DNA of 64,000 nt, from the NCBI GenBank assembly GCA_039804165.1, contig JBDRZZ010000005.1, positions 27,290-91,289 on the forward strand. The letters are read 5' to 3'. The DNA is from a candidate division WOR-3 bacterium. Its GTDB lineage: Bacteria > Hydrothermota > UBA3072. Every line of letters starts with the position of its first letter. Position 1 is the first letter of the stretch. Shown here piece by piece: positions 41,037-49,542 of the stretch. The notes under the pieces were generated by a model, which was not told where the DNA came from, did not search any database, and saw only the letters and a list, made by a program, of their open reading frames with translations. Made by a program: the position numbers and the translations under genes.

Positions 41037-42043
41037 AGAGCTATCTTCTTTAATAGGTCTAATTTTCTTAATGCTTCTCCTGAATCGATGGATTCCTTTG
41101 CTTTTTCGATACCTTCCTCTAAGGAGTTTGCTTTCCCTGCAATATATATAGCTGCTCCTGCATTTAGCAAAGTAACATCTCTTTTAGGACCTTTTTCTCC
41201 TTTGAGAATACTAACTGTTATTTTTGCATTTTCTTCTGGGGTTCCTCCTTTAAGTTCTTCTAAATTTGCCCTTTTTATTCCAAAGTCTTCCGGTGTTATT
41301 GTATATTCTATTATTTCCCCCATTTTTAATTCACTTACAAAAGTTTTTCCTGTTGTTGTTATTTCATCTAAGCCATCTTCTCCATGCACAACCATACAGT
41401 GAATTGATCCAAGATTAAGAAGAACGTTAGCAATTGTGGAGGTTAATTCTTTAGAATAAACACCCAATAGTTGTCTTTTTGCTCCTGCAGGATTTGTTAA
41501 AGGACCAAGGATATTAAATATTGTTCTAATTCCCATCTCTCTTCTTGGCCCAATTGCGTATTTCATAGCGGGATGTAAAAGAGGTGCAAATAGGAATCCA
41601 AATCCTGCTTCTTGTATACACTTTTCTACTTTTTCTGGTGGATTTTCAATATTGATTCCGAGCTCTTTTAACAAATCTGCACTTCCGCATCTACTTGATA
41701 CAGAACGATTTCCATGTTTTGCGACTTTACAATTTGCTCCTGCAGCAACAAATGCGCTTATTGTGGAGATATTGAATGTTCCTACTCCATCACCACCTGT
41801 TCCACAGGTATCTATGAGGCATTCAATAGGAACATTTATCTTTGTTACTTTTTCTCTCATAGCTCTTACAAATCCAGTTATTTCATCAACGGTTTCTCCC
41901 TTCATCCTCATTCCGGTTATGAGCGAGGCTATTTGAGCATCTGTTGTTTCTCCGTTCATAATTGAAAGAGCCACTTTATATGCCTCTTCCTGAGTTAGAT
42001 TTTCTTCTTCTACAACTTTTTTAATTGCATCTTTAATGTTCAT
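41033..42043 (-). CDS. trpD: Anthranilate phosphoribosyltransferase
   Basis: DTCGTGGDGVGTFNISTISAFVAAGAN...KHGNRSVSS. Confidence 0.9.
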   Translation of the reverse strand: MNIKDAIKKVVEEENLTQEEAYKVALSIMNGETTDAQIASLITGMRMKGETVDEITGFVRAMREKVTKINVPIECLIDTCGTGGDGVGTFNISTISAFVAAGANCKVAKHGNRSVSSRCGSADLLKELGINIENPPEKVEKCIQEAGFGFLFAPLLHPAMKYAIGPRREMGIRTIFNILGPLTNPAGAKRQLLGVYSKELTSTIANVLLNLGSIHCMVVHGEDGLDEITTTGKTFVSELKMGEIIEYTITPEDFGIKRANLEELKGGTPEENAKITVSILKGEKGPKRDVTLLNAGAAIYIAGKANSLEEGIEKAKESIDSGEALRKLDLLKKIAL

Positions 42044-43245
42044 TTTCTATACCTCCTTAATTCGCTTAAAACTTCGTCAAAAGAAATATTACTCTTTGCC
42101 AAAGCAAAGGTCGCGAGGTATAATAAATTTGCAGCCTTTAATTTAATCTCTTCTTTATCTTTTCCTTCTAAAAGTTCCTTATTTAAGTCTTCATAGGAGA
42201 CTCGGTTTTTAGGATCTCTTATCTTGTCTTTAATTATTTTATACAATTCTTTCAAATTAAAGTTCTTCTCTCCAAAACAAGTGTAAGTTTCGAGGTGACA
42301 AGCAACTCCTTTTTGTTGAACTGTGGCAAGTAGGGTATCTCTATCACAATCAGCTCTTATTTTTAGAAGCTTTTGGATGTTTCCAGAAGTTTCTCCTTTC
42401 ATCCAAAGTTTTCCCCTCGAGCGAGAAAAATAGCACATATTACCTGTTTCAAAAGTTTTTCTTAAAGAATCTTTATTTGAATATGCAAGCATTAAAACTT
42501 GACCTTCATCATCTTGAGTAATTGTTGGTAAGAGGTCTGTTTTCCAATTAAGAGATTCTATAAACCCATCTTTTAAAGAAATTTTTCCTGTATATAGAGC
42601 CATTCCAAGTTGGACATCACATCCCAAGTTAGCTAATTCTTTTATTTCTTCAATTGTGCTTACACCTCCTGCTACTGTAACTTTATTTTTTGTCTCTTTT
42701 AACAATTTCTTTACAATCTCAAGGTTTATACCTTTTAAGGTTCCTTCTTTTTCTACACAGGTAAATAAAAATTCGGAGGCAAATTCTTCTAAATCTTTTA
42801 TCGCTTTATAAAGAGAAATTCCTGTAGAGTGCTTCCAACCTCTTGTTACAATTATTTCATTTAAAGCATCTATGGCTATTATTATTTTCCCCTTACCTAC
42901 TTTTTTTTTGAGCTCTTTTAAGAAGGTCTTGTTTATCTTATCATTTTCAAAAGCCTTAGACCCAATTATAACCTTTTTTGCCCCAAGAGAAATCATCTCT
43001 TTGGCTTTTTCTACACTTCTAATTCCACCTCCAACCCTGCATTCAGCTATTTTTAGGATATTTTTGATAATTTCTTTATTTTCTCCTTTTTCCATCGCGG
43101 CATCAAGGTCAATCACTGCGATTTCTCCATATTTATCGAATTCTTCTGCCAATTTTAGAGGTTGGCTATGTTCCAACATTTTTTCTTTTCCTCTTCTCAG
43201 TTGGACAGCTTTTCCTTCCATTAAATCAATAGAAGCCACAATCAT
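42040..43245 (-). CDS. Trifunctional fusion: ProFAR isomerase (HisA) + phosphoribosyl-AMP cyclohydrolase (HisI) + a short phosphoribosyl-ATP pyrophosphatase-like tail (HisE)
   Basis: Residues 1 to about 228 form the HisA barrel (MIVASIDLMEGKAVQLRRGK...VGGGIRS...). Residues about 235-327 are HisI (VLMLAYSNKDSLRKTFETGNMCYFSRSRGKLWMKGETSGN...CDRDTLLATV). Residues about 328-401 are HisE-like (LKELYKIIKDKIRD...SYEDL...AANLLYLATFALAKSNISFDEVLSELRRYRK). It is a single ORF in one frame. Confidence 0.8.
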   Translation of the reverse strand: MIVASIDLMEGKAVQLRRGKEKMLEHSQPLKLAEEFDKYGEIAVIDLDAAMEKGENKEIIKNILKIAECRVGGGIRSVEKAKEMISLGAKKVIIGSKAFENDKINKTFLKELKKKVGKGKIIIAIDALNEIIVTRGWKHSTGISLYKAIKDLEEFASEFLFTCVEKEGTLKGINLEIVKKLLKETKNKVTVAGGVSTIEEIKELANLGCDVQLGMALYTGKISLKDGFIESLNWKTDLLPTITQDDEGQVLMLAYSNKDSLRKTFETGNMCYFSRSRGKLWMKGETSGNIQKLLKIRADCDRDTLLATVQQKGVACHLETYTCFGEKNFNLKELYKIIKDKIRDPKNRVSYEDLNKELLEGKDKEEIKLKAANLLYLATFALAKSNISFDEVLSELRRYRK

Positions 43246-43994
43246 CTAACGGTAATCCCCCTTTCTTTTAGATATTTCTTTATATCTTTTATTTTATATT
43301 CACCATAATGAAGTAGAGATGCAAGTAAAACACTGGAAGCTTTTCCTTTTAGAATGGCAAGGGCTACTTGTTCGAGATTCCCTGCTCCTCCTGAGGCGAT
43401 TACGGGAATATTCACTGCTTCTGAGACCATTTTAGTGAGTTCAAGATCATAACCTTCTTTGGTTCCATCCTTATCTATTGAATTAAGAAGAATTTCTCCT
43501 GCTCCTAATTCTTCACCTTTTTTTGCCCATTCTATTACAGATAATCCTGAGTTAAATCTACCTCCGTGAGTATATGCTATCCATTTGTTCCCTTTTCTTT
43601 TAGCGTCTATTGAAAGCACGATACATTGAGAACCAAAAATTTTAGCTCCTTCACTTATTAAGGAGGGATTTTTTATGGCACTTGTGCAGATTGAGACTTT
43701 ATCTGCCCCAGCATTTAAGACTTTTCTTATATCTGAAACAGAACGGATCCCCCCTCCCACAGTTAGAGGGATAAAGACTTCTTCAGAGACCTTTTTTACA
43801 ACTTCTATCAAGATTTCTCTACTTTTGTAAGATGCCCCTACATCTAAAAACATAAGTTCATCTGCTCCATCTTTGTAATAAGTTCTTGCAAGTTCAACAG
43901 GGTCTCCAACGCTATTTAGATTTTTAAATTTCACTCCTTTTACAACCTTCCCATTTTCTACATCAAGACAAGGGATGATTCTTATCGCTAACAT
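43242..43994 (-). CDS. hisF: Imidazole glycerol phosphate synthase, cyclase subunit
   Basis: MLAIRIIPCLDVENGKVVKGVKF. Start taken at the internal ATG 43994, because the track start is a TTG four codons upstream. Confidence 0.9.
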   Translation of the reverse strand: MLAIRIIPCLDVENGKVVKGVKFKNLNSVGDPVELARTYYKDGADELMFLDVGASYKSREILIEVVKKVSEEVFIPLTVGGGIRSVSDIRKVLNAGADKVSICTSAIKNPSLISEGAKIFGSQCIVLSIDAKRKGNKWIAYTHGGRFNSGLSVIEWAKKGEELGAGEILLNSIDKDGTKEGYDLELTKMVSEAVNIPVIASGGAGNLEQVALAILKGKASSVLLASLLHYGEYKIKDIKKYLKERGITVR

Positions 43995-44587
43995 TTTTCT
44001 ACCCAATTTCTTAGGAGTTTTAGACCCATTTCTCCACTTTTTTCAGGATGAAATTGAACTCCTATTATATTACCTTTTTCTATTATTGAAGGATAATTCT
44101 TATAGTAATTGGTAGTAGCTACAATTATTTCAGAATCGATAGGTTCTACAAAATAACTGTGCAAAAAATAAAAATAAGTTTTATTTTTGATTCCTGTAAG
44201 GAGAGGAGAATTCTTTTTAATTTCTATTTCGTTCCATCCTATTTGAGGAACTTTACCTTTTTCAAATTTAAGACATTTCCCCTTAAAGATTCCAAAGCCT
44301 TTTGATTCTTTAGATTCCATACTTTCTTCGAAGAGAAGTTGCATACCAAGGCAGATGCCCAAAAAAGGTCTATTATTAATTAGCCAATTCTTTATTATTT
44401 CATAAAAACCATTTTCTTTTAATTTATTTATTGCTGCTTCAAAAGCCCCAACTCCTGGAAGAACAATTTTATTAATTTCTTTTAAATCTTTTGGCTCCGT
44501 TGCTACTATAGTCTCTTTTTTTAGAAAATTAAAAGCTTTCTTTACCGAGTGGAGATTCCCTGCACCATAATCAATTATTGCTATCAT
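43988..44587 (-). CDS. hisH: Imidazole glycerol phosphate synthase, glutamine amidotransferase subunit
   Basis: MIAIIDYGAGNLHSVKKAF...GICLGMQ...QFHPEKS. Confidence 0.9.
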   Translation of the reverse strand: MIAIIDYGAGNLHSVKKAFNFLKKETIVATEPKDLKEINKIVLPGVGAFEAAINKLKENGFYEIIKNWLINNRPFLGICLGMQLLFEESMESKESKGFGIFKGKCLKFEKGKVPQIGWNEIEIKKNSPLLTGIKNKTYFYFLHSYFVEPIDSEIIVATTNYYKNYPSIIEKGNIIGVQFHPEKSGEMGLKLLRNWVEKC

Positions 44588-45176
44588 TTTCTATTACTCC
44601 TTTTGTGCTCGGTATGTCTTCAATTGCTCTTTTATCCAATGAGCAAGCCATTTTCATTGCCTTTCCAAAAGCCTTAAAAATGGCTTCAATTTTGTGGTGG
44701 TCGTTTCTGCCATAAGGCATCCTTACTACAAGATTTGCCCCAAGATTTGTAGCGAATCCATAGAAGAAATCTTCGATAAGGTCTGTGTCTAAGTCTCCGC
44801 AAAATCTCCTTTTAAATTTTGCTTCAAATTGGAGATATGGTCTTCCGCTTATGTCCACAGCTACAACAGCAAGGGCCTCATCCATTGGATAAACAAAATA
44901 TCCTGCCCTATTAATTCCCCTTTTGTCTCCAAGAGCTTTTTTGAAGCTAAGACCAAGGGTAATCCCACAATCTTCTACAAGGTGATGTTGATCTACGTTT
45001 AAATCGCCAATTGCTTTTATTTGTAAATCAAAAAGACCGTGTTTAGCGAAATTCTCCAGGGAGTGATTTAAAAATCCAATTGGAGTTTCAATCTTGTAAG
45101 TTCCGCTCCCATCAATATTTAATTCAACTTTTATCTCTGTTTCTTTTGTTTTTCTTTCAACAGATGTTTTTCTCAT
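44571..45176 (-). CDS. hisB: Imidazoleglycerol-phosphate dehydratase (monofunctional)
   Basis: KTKETEIKVELNIDGSG...DQHHLVEDCGITLG...RNDHHKIEAIFKAFG. Confidence 0.9.
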   Translation of the reverse strand: MRKTSVERKTKETEIKVELNIDGSGTYKIETPIGFLNHSLENFAKHGLFDLQIKAIGDLNVDQHHLVEDCGITLGLSFKKALGDKRGINRAGYFVYPMDEALAVVAVDISGRPYLQFEAKFKRRFCGDLDTDLIEDFFYGFATNLGANLVVRMPYGRNDHHKIEAIFKAFGKAMKMACSLDKRAIEDIPSTKGVIENDSNN

Positions 45177-46221
45177 TTATAACCTCTCTCAATCTTTCAA
45201 TAAAAATTTTATTTTCTTTGGTTTTTCCAATTGTTACCCTCAATGTGTTTTTCAATCTTGGGTTGTCGAAGTATCTTAAAAGGACTCCCTTTTTATAAAG
45301 TTCTTCAAATAGTTCTTTTCCAGAAAGAAATTTTGTTTTAAAAAGGATAAAATTAGTGTAAGAAGGAATGGGTTCAATTCCTGGAAGATCTTGTAATTTG
45401 GAGAAAATATTCTCTCTTTCTTTTATGATTTTTTTTACAACCTCTTCTTTATATTCCTTATTTTTTAATAAAACCTCTCCCGCCACCTGGCTGAATATTC
45501 CCAAGGAGAAGGGAAGCTTTGCCTTTTGAATTTGGCTTGCTAAAGTTTCATTACTTAAAAGATAGCCGATTCTAAGGCCTGCCAGTCCAAAAGCTTTAGA
45601 TAGAGTTCTAATTATAACGAGATTTTCATATTTATTTAATAGGGGAACTGCGGTTTCCTTTGAGAATTCGAAATAAGCTTCGTCTAAAACTAAAACTCCA
45701 TTTATATTTTTTGCAATTTCTTCTATTTCTGGAAGAAAAATTGTTGTTCCTGTAGGATTGTTTGGGACTGCTAAAACGACCATTTTTGAATTTTTTCCTT
45801 TTTTGATTATTGATCTTATATCAAAACTGAAATCTTCTAAAAGGGGAACCTCTATTATTGTTAGATTCATAATTTTAGCAAGATAAGTGTATATTGGAAA
45901 ACTTGGAGAAACGAAAGTAACTTTATCTTTTTTTTCACAGAATGTTTGGAAGACTGCTTGAATTATTTCATTTGAGGCATTCCCTGCCACTATTCCATTT
46001 TTGGGAAAATTATTATATTTAGCAATTGCTTCAACTAAAGGATTGGCAGTTCGTGGCGGATATCTATTCCAGTTTATTTTAAGCATTCTTTTTAATATTT
46101 CTTTTTTTAAATTTAAAGGAACATCATAAGGAGACTCATTTTGATTTAGCTTTACTTCATATTTCTCTTGTGGAACTTTGTATTCTTTCAATTCCTGAAT
46201 TTCTTTTCTTACATATTTCAT
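45157..46221 (-). CDS. hisC: Histidinol-phosphate aminotransferase
   Basis: Class-II aminotransferase (NESPY...YPP...LSKAFGLAGLRIGY PLP lysine). First gene of the supraoperon, with RBS AGGTGGT. Confidence 0.85.
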   Translation of the reverse strand: MKYVRKEIQELKEYKVPQEKYEVKLNQNESPYDVPLNLKKEILKRMLKINWNRYPPRTANPLVEAIAKYNNFPKNGIVAGNASNEIIQAVFQTFCEKKDKVTFVSPSFPIYTYLAKIMNLTIIEVPLLEDFSFDIRSIIKKGKNSKMVVLAVPNNPTGTTIFLPEIEEIAKNINGVLVLDEAYFEFSKETAVPLLNKYENLVIIRTLSKAFGLAGLRIGYLLSNETLASQIQKAKLPFSLGIFSQVAGEVLLKNKEYKEEVVKKIIKERENIFSKLQDLPGIEPIPSYTNFILFKTKFLSGKELFEELYKKGVLLRYFDNPRLKNTLRVTIGKTKENKIFIERLREVINEKNIC

Positions 46222-46483
46222 AAAACCACCTTAACTTTGCATAATGATTTTCTCTAATTTATACAAAACACAATTCTTTTCAAGGGAGTTTCTAAAAAAA
46301 AGAGGTTTATTAAAAATATTTTTTTGAGATTTAAGAATTAAATTAAAGGGAAATTTTTCTTTTAAGTAAAAGAGTAATTTGGAAGTGAAGATAAAAAAAT
46401 TCCCTTTTTGGAGGGATGAAAAGAGACCTCCTTTCGAGATTTTTTGATTTTAAAAGGAAGATTGAATTAATCATAATAAAATA

Positions 46484-46511
46484 ATTATAAAAAGAAGTAA
46501 AGTTATGTCAA
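46484..46511 (-). promoter_or_regulatory. Near-consensus sigma70-type promoter at the head of the aro/trp/his supraoperon (distal candidate, about 255-nt leader)
   Basis: Minus strand TTGACA-N16-TATAAT (plus 46506-46511 and 46484-46489). An alternative proximal TGnTATAAA-like -10 lies near 46240. Confidence 0.4.
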
Positions 46512-46607
46512 GTGCTAAGAGAAATCTTTGTTTTTAAGGAAATAATCTAAAAAATTCTCTTGACGAAAATTAAAAATATATTAGTGTTATAGAAAGGAGA
46601 GGTTTAT

Positions 46608-47351
46608 ATGCTTAAATTAATAATTACCTCTGATTACGAAGAAATGAGTAAACTTGCCGCAAAATTAATAGCCGAAGAAATAAAGAAAAGAGAGCAAATT
46701 GTGTTAGGGCTCGCCACAGGAAATACGCCGCTTGGAACTTATAAAGAACTTATCAGATTACACAAAGAGGAGGGCCTTGATTTTTCAGATGTGATTACCT
46801 TTAACTTAGATGAATATCTTGGGCTTTCTCCAACAGATAGAAGAAGTTATAATTTTTATATGTGGGAAAATTTGTTTTATGAAATAAATATAAGACGAGA
46901 GAATGTTCATATTCCAAGAGGTGACACTTCAAATCCTGAAGAATTTTGTAAGTGGTATGAAGAGGAGATCAAGAGAGTGGGGGGGATTGATTTACAACTT
47001 CTTGGAATAGGTCGGGATGGTCATATTGGTTTTAATGAGCCAGGTTCGTCTTTTTCTGGGAGAACGCGGGTTAAAAAGCTTGCAGAAGTAACAATTAGAG
47101 ATAATGCGAGATTTTTTGATAATAAGATAGAAGATGTTCCTCATTATGCGATTTCAATGGGGATTGGCACAATTTTGGAAGCTGAAAAGATAATTCTTAT
47201 TGCAAATGGGGAACATAAAGCAGAAATTTGTGCCCGGTTTATAGAAGGTCCTGTTACAAAGCAGGTTCCTGCTTCTTCTTTACAATTGCATTCTGATGTT
47301 ACTGTGATTCTTGATAAAGCTGCGGCTTCCCGGCTTGAAAGAACAAGATGA
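46608..47351 (+). CDS. nagB: Glucosamine-6-phosphate deaminase
   Basis: VLGLATGNTPLGTYKELIRLHKEEGLDFSDVITFNLDEYLGL...GIGRDGHIGFNEPGS. Confidence 0.85.
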   Translation: MLKLIITSDYEEMSKLAAKLIAEEIKKREQIVLGLATGNTPLGTYKELIRLHKEEGLDFSDVITFNLDEYLGLSPTDRRSYNFYMWENLFYEINIRRENVHIPRGDTSNPEEFCKWYEEEIKRVGGIDLQLLGIGRDGHIGFNEPGSSFSGRTRVKKLAEVTIRDNARFFDNKIEDVPHYAISMGIGTILEAEKIILIANGEHKAEICARFIEGPVTKQVPASSLQLHSDVTVILDKAAASRLERTR

Positions 47352-48184
47352 AGGAAAGAAAAGTAAAAATTGCCTGGTATGGGAAACATTTTGGGGAAGA
47401 ACCACCTTTAGTGGGAGAGCTTTCTTTTGGGAATGGAAAAAATGGAGCTGGCACAATTTTCTTTTCCGGATGCAATCTTCATTGTGTTTTTTGTCAGAAT
47501 TATCAGATTTCTCAAGAAAATCTTGGGAGGGAATATTCCATTTTAGACTTAGCTGAGATTATGCTTGGGCTTGAGAGAGATGGTGCGCTTAATATTGATC
47601 TTGTTACTCCTACAATTTGGTGGAAAGAGATAAAAGAAGCTATTGTTATTGCTCGGAGAAAAGGGCTTTCTATTCCAATTGTTTGGAATTCGAATGCTTA
47701 TGAAAGTGTAAATATGCTTAGAGAAATGAAAGGTTTTGTTGATATTTATCTACCTGATTTTAAATATATGGATGATAAATTGGCAATGAAATATTCAAGA
47801 GCTTTTGGTTATTCTAAAATAGCTGAGAAAGCAATTAGGGAAATGTATAATCAGGTCGGTAATTTATATTTGAAGGACCAAATTGCAAAAAGAGGTTTAA
47901 TCATTCGGCATTTAATTCTCCCTGGGTATTTAGATAATAGTTTTTGTGTTCTAAAGAAAATTGCAGAGATTGATAAAGAGATTTATGTAAGCTTAATGAC
48001 TCAATATTACCCTCTGTATCTTGCAAAAAATTTTCCTGAAATAAATCGTTCTCTTACTGAAGATGAAATTATCTACTCAGAGAATAAGAGACTGGAACTA
48101 GGGCTTTTAAATGGTTGGAACCAAGAAAGAGGTTCTGGAGAGGTATTTTTGCCAGACTTTAGGAAACAAAATCCCTTTTCCTAA
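47348..48184 (+). CDS. Radical SAM protein (PflA/PflX-like activating-enzyme family)
   Basis: CNLHCVFCQN is a CxxxCxxC motif. The start overlaps the nagB stop (ATGA). Confidence 0.7.
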   Translation: MKERKVKIAWYGKHFGEEPPLVGELSFGNGKNGAGTIFFSGCNLHCVFCQNYQISQENLGREYSILDLAEIMLGLERDGALNIDLVTPTIWWKEIKEAIVIARRKGLSIPIVWNSNAYESVNMLREMKGFVDIYLPDFKYMDDKLAMKYSRAFGYSKIAEKAIREMYNQVGNLYLKDQIAKRGLIIRHLILPGYLDNSFCVLKKIAEIDKEIYVSLMTQYYPLYLAKNFPEINRSLTEDEIIYSENKRLELGLLNGWNQERGSGEVFLPDFRKQNPFS

Positions 48185-48188
48185 CTTA

Positions 48189-48367
48189 GGGTCAGGTCTT
48201 GATTTTTGAATTTACTCCAAATTTTAATAACTTTAGGGTTTCGATACCAACTTACAAAAATCTTAAGAGGATTCTCTATCAACATAAGTTATAGAAAGGA
48301 AGACAATCCTTCGGCAATCTAAAAATTATCTAGAAATCATAGGAATTCAAAAATCAAGACCTGACCC
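48189..48367. repeat. 179-bp element bounded by 24-bp perfect inverted repeats. It may be a long hairpin/bidirectional terminator, a structured RNA or a MITE-like element
   Basis: gggtcaggtcttgatttttgaatt (48189-48212) is exactly complementary to aattcaaaaatcaagacctgaccc (48344-48367). It fills the convergent intergenic space between the radical-SAM gene and the PAS kinase gene. Confidence 0.6.
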
Positions 48368-48375
48368 CAAAGGTA

Positions 48376-49470
48376 TTAACTTTTGGGGATAAAGAGGGTG
48401 AATTTAGAACCTTTATCCTTTTCGCTTTCTACTTCGATCCAACCACCCATTCCTCTTATTACGCTGTTGACAAAGAAAAGTCCTATTCCTGAGCCTCCTT
48501 CGTCTCCATTTTCTTCTGTTTTTGTTGTAAAGAAAAGTTCAAAGATTTTTTCTTTTACCGCAGGTTCCATACCGCATCCATTATCAGAAACTGATATAGC
48601 GACATATTCTTTTTCCTTTTCGTCTTTCTCAAGGCGGAAGATATTTCTGACTTCAAAGTGAATTTTACCCTCGTTTGATTCTCCAATTGCATCTTTTGCG
48701 TTCATTAGTAGGTTTATAAGCACTTGATGAAGTTGGTCTGGGTCTCCTATTACTAAGGGTTCTGGATCAAAATAAGAAGCTGTAATTGTTAATTTTTTGG
48801 ATAATGCTTGTTGACCTAAATGAACTACTTCTTTTACCACATCAATTACATTAAAGAGTTTCTTCTCTCCTCTAATTTTTCTTGTGTTAGAGAGAAGAGC
48901 TTTTAAGAGATTTTTTATTCTCCTTACCCCATCCGCACCTAATTGGACGTCCTCAAGGACTTCAGGGTCCTTTATGTATTCTAAGGCAGCATTAATTCCA
49001 TATGAAACTTCCATTAATAAATTGTTTGCTTCATGGGCTATTCCCCCAATAAGTTGTCCAATTGTTGCAAGCCTTCTTGAAGAAAGCATCCTTTTTTGGA
49101 GTATTTCTAATTTTGAGACATCTTTTGCCATTGATAAACCCCTAATTTGTGAACTCAAATTAAGGAAAATAGAACTCCATTCGTAAATTCTTTTACTTCC
49201 AAATTCAGGCTTTATTTCTATATTTTGGATGATTATAAAAGGCTCTTTTTCATCAAAGGCTTCTCCTTCAATATTTCCCTCTTTTTGAGCTTTAATTGAT
49301 TCCTGTAACTCACGCATAAGTGTTGGTTCTAAGATTTCCTTTATTGGTTTTCCAAATTCTTGTTCTGCCCTTCCATTCCAGAAAAGAATTTTGTAATCTT
49401 TGTCCCAAGCGATAAGAGGAACAGGAATAAAATCAAGTAAAAATCCCAATTCTTTTTCTATCTCTATCAT
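48376..49470 (-). CDS. Cytoplasmic PAS-domain sensor histidine kinase (orphan, no adjacent response regulator)
   Basis: PAS-like N-terminus, H-box LIGGIAHEANNLL, then N/G1/G2 boxes (DNGCGM, GSGIGL). No TM segments. Confidence 0.8.
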   Translation of the reverse strand: MIEIEKELGFLLDFIPVPLIAWDKDYKILFWNGRAEQEFGKPIKEILEPTLMRELQESIKAQKEGNIEGEAFDEKEPFIIIQNIEIKPEFGSKRIYEWSSIFLNLSSQIRGLSMAKDVSKLEILQKRMLSSRRLATIGQLIGGIAHEANNLLMEVSYGINAALEYIKDPEVLEDVQLGADGVRRIKNLLKALLSNTRKIRGEKKLFNVIDVVKEVVHLGQQALSKKLTITASYFDPEPLVIGDPDQLHQVLINLLMNAKDAIGESNEGKIHFEVRNIFRLEKDEKEKEYVAISVSDNGCGMEPAVKEKIFELFFTTKTEENGDEGGSGIGLFFVNSVIRGMGGWIEVESEKDKGSKFTLFIPKS

Positions 49471-49487
49471 AAAAGGTTTCTAAAAAT

Positions 49488-49540
49488 AAAGGGAAGAGAG
49501 TAGGACTTTCTACTCTCTAAACCCTTTATTTTTGTTTTAT
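49488..49540 (-). terminator. Rho-independent terminator after the Hfq-like gene
   Basis: aaaggg-aag-agagagtag-gacttt-ctactctct-aaa-cccttt, followed by T-runs on both strands. Confidence 0.55.
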
Positions 49541-49542
49541 TT

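Noticed and set aside
46222-46476. T-box riboswitch or TRAP-binding leader upstream of the aro/trp/his supraoperon
   Set aside because: No T-box consensus (AGGGTGGNACCGCG), specifier/AGAGA architecture within the transcribed part, or GAG/UAG 11-mer repeat series could be found. Only a generic hairpin plus U-tract is seen, which is reported at low confidence instead.
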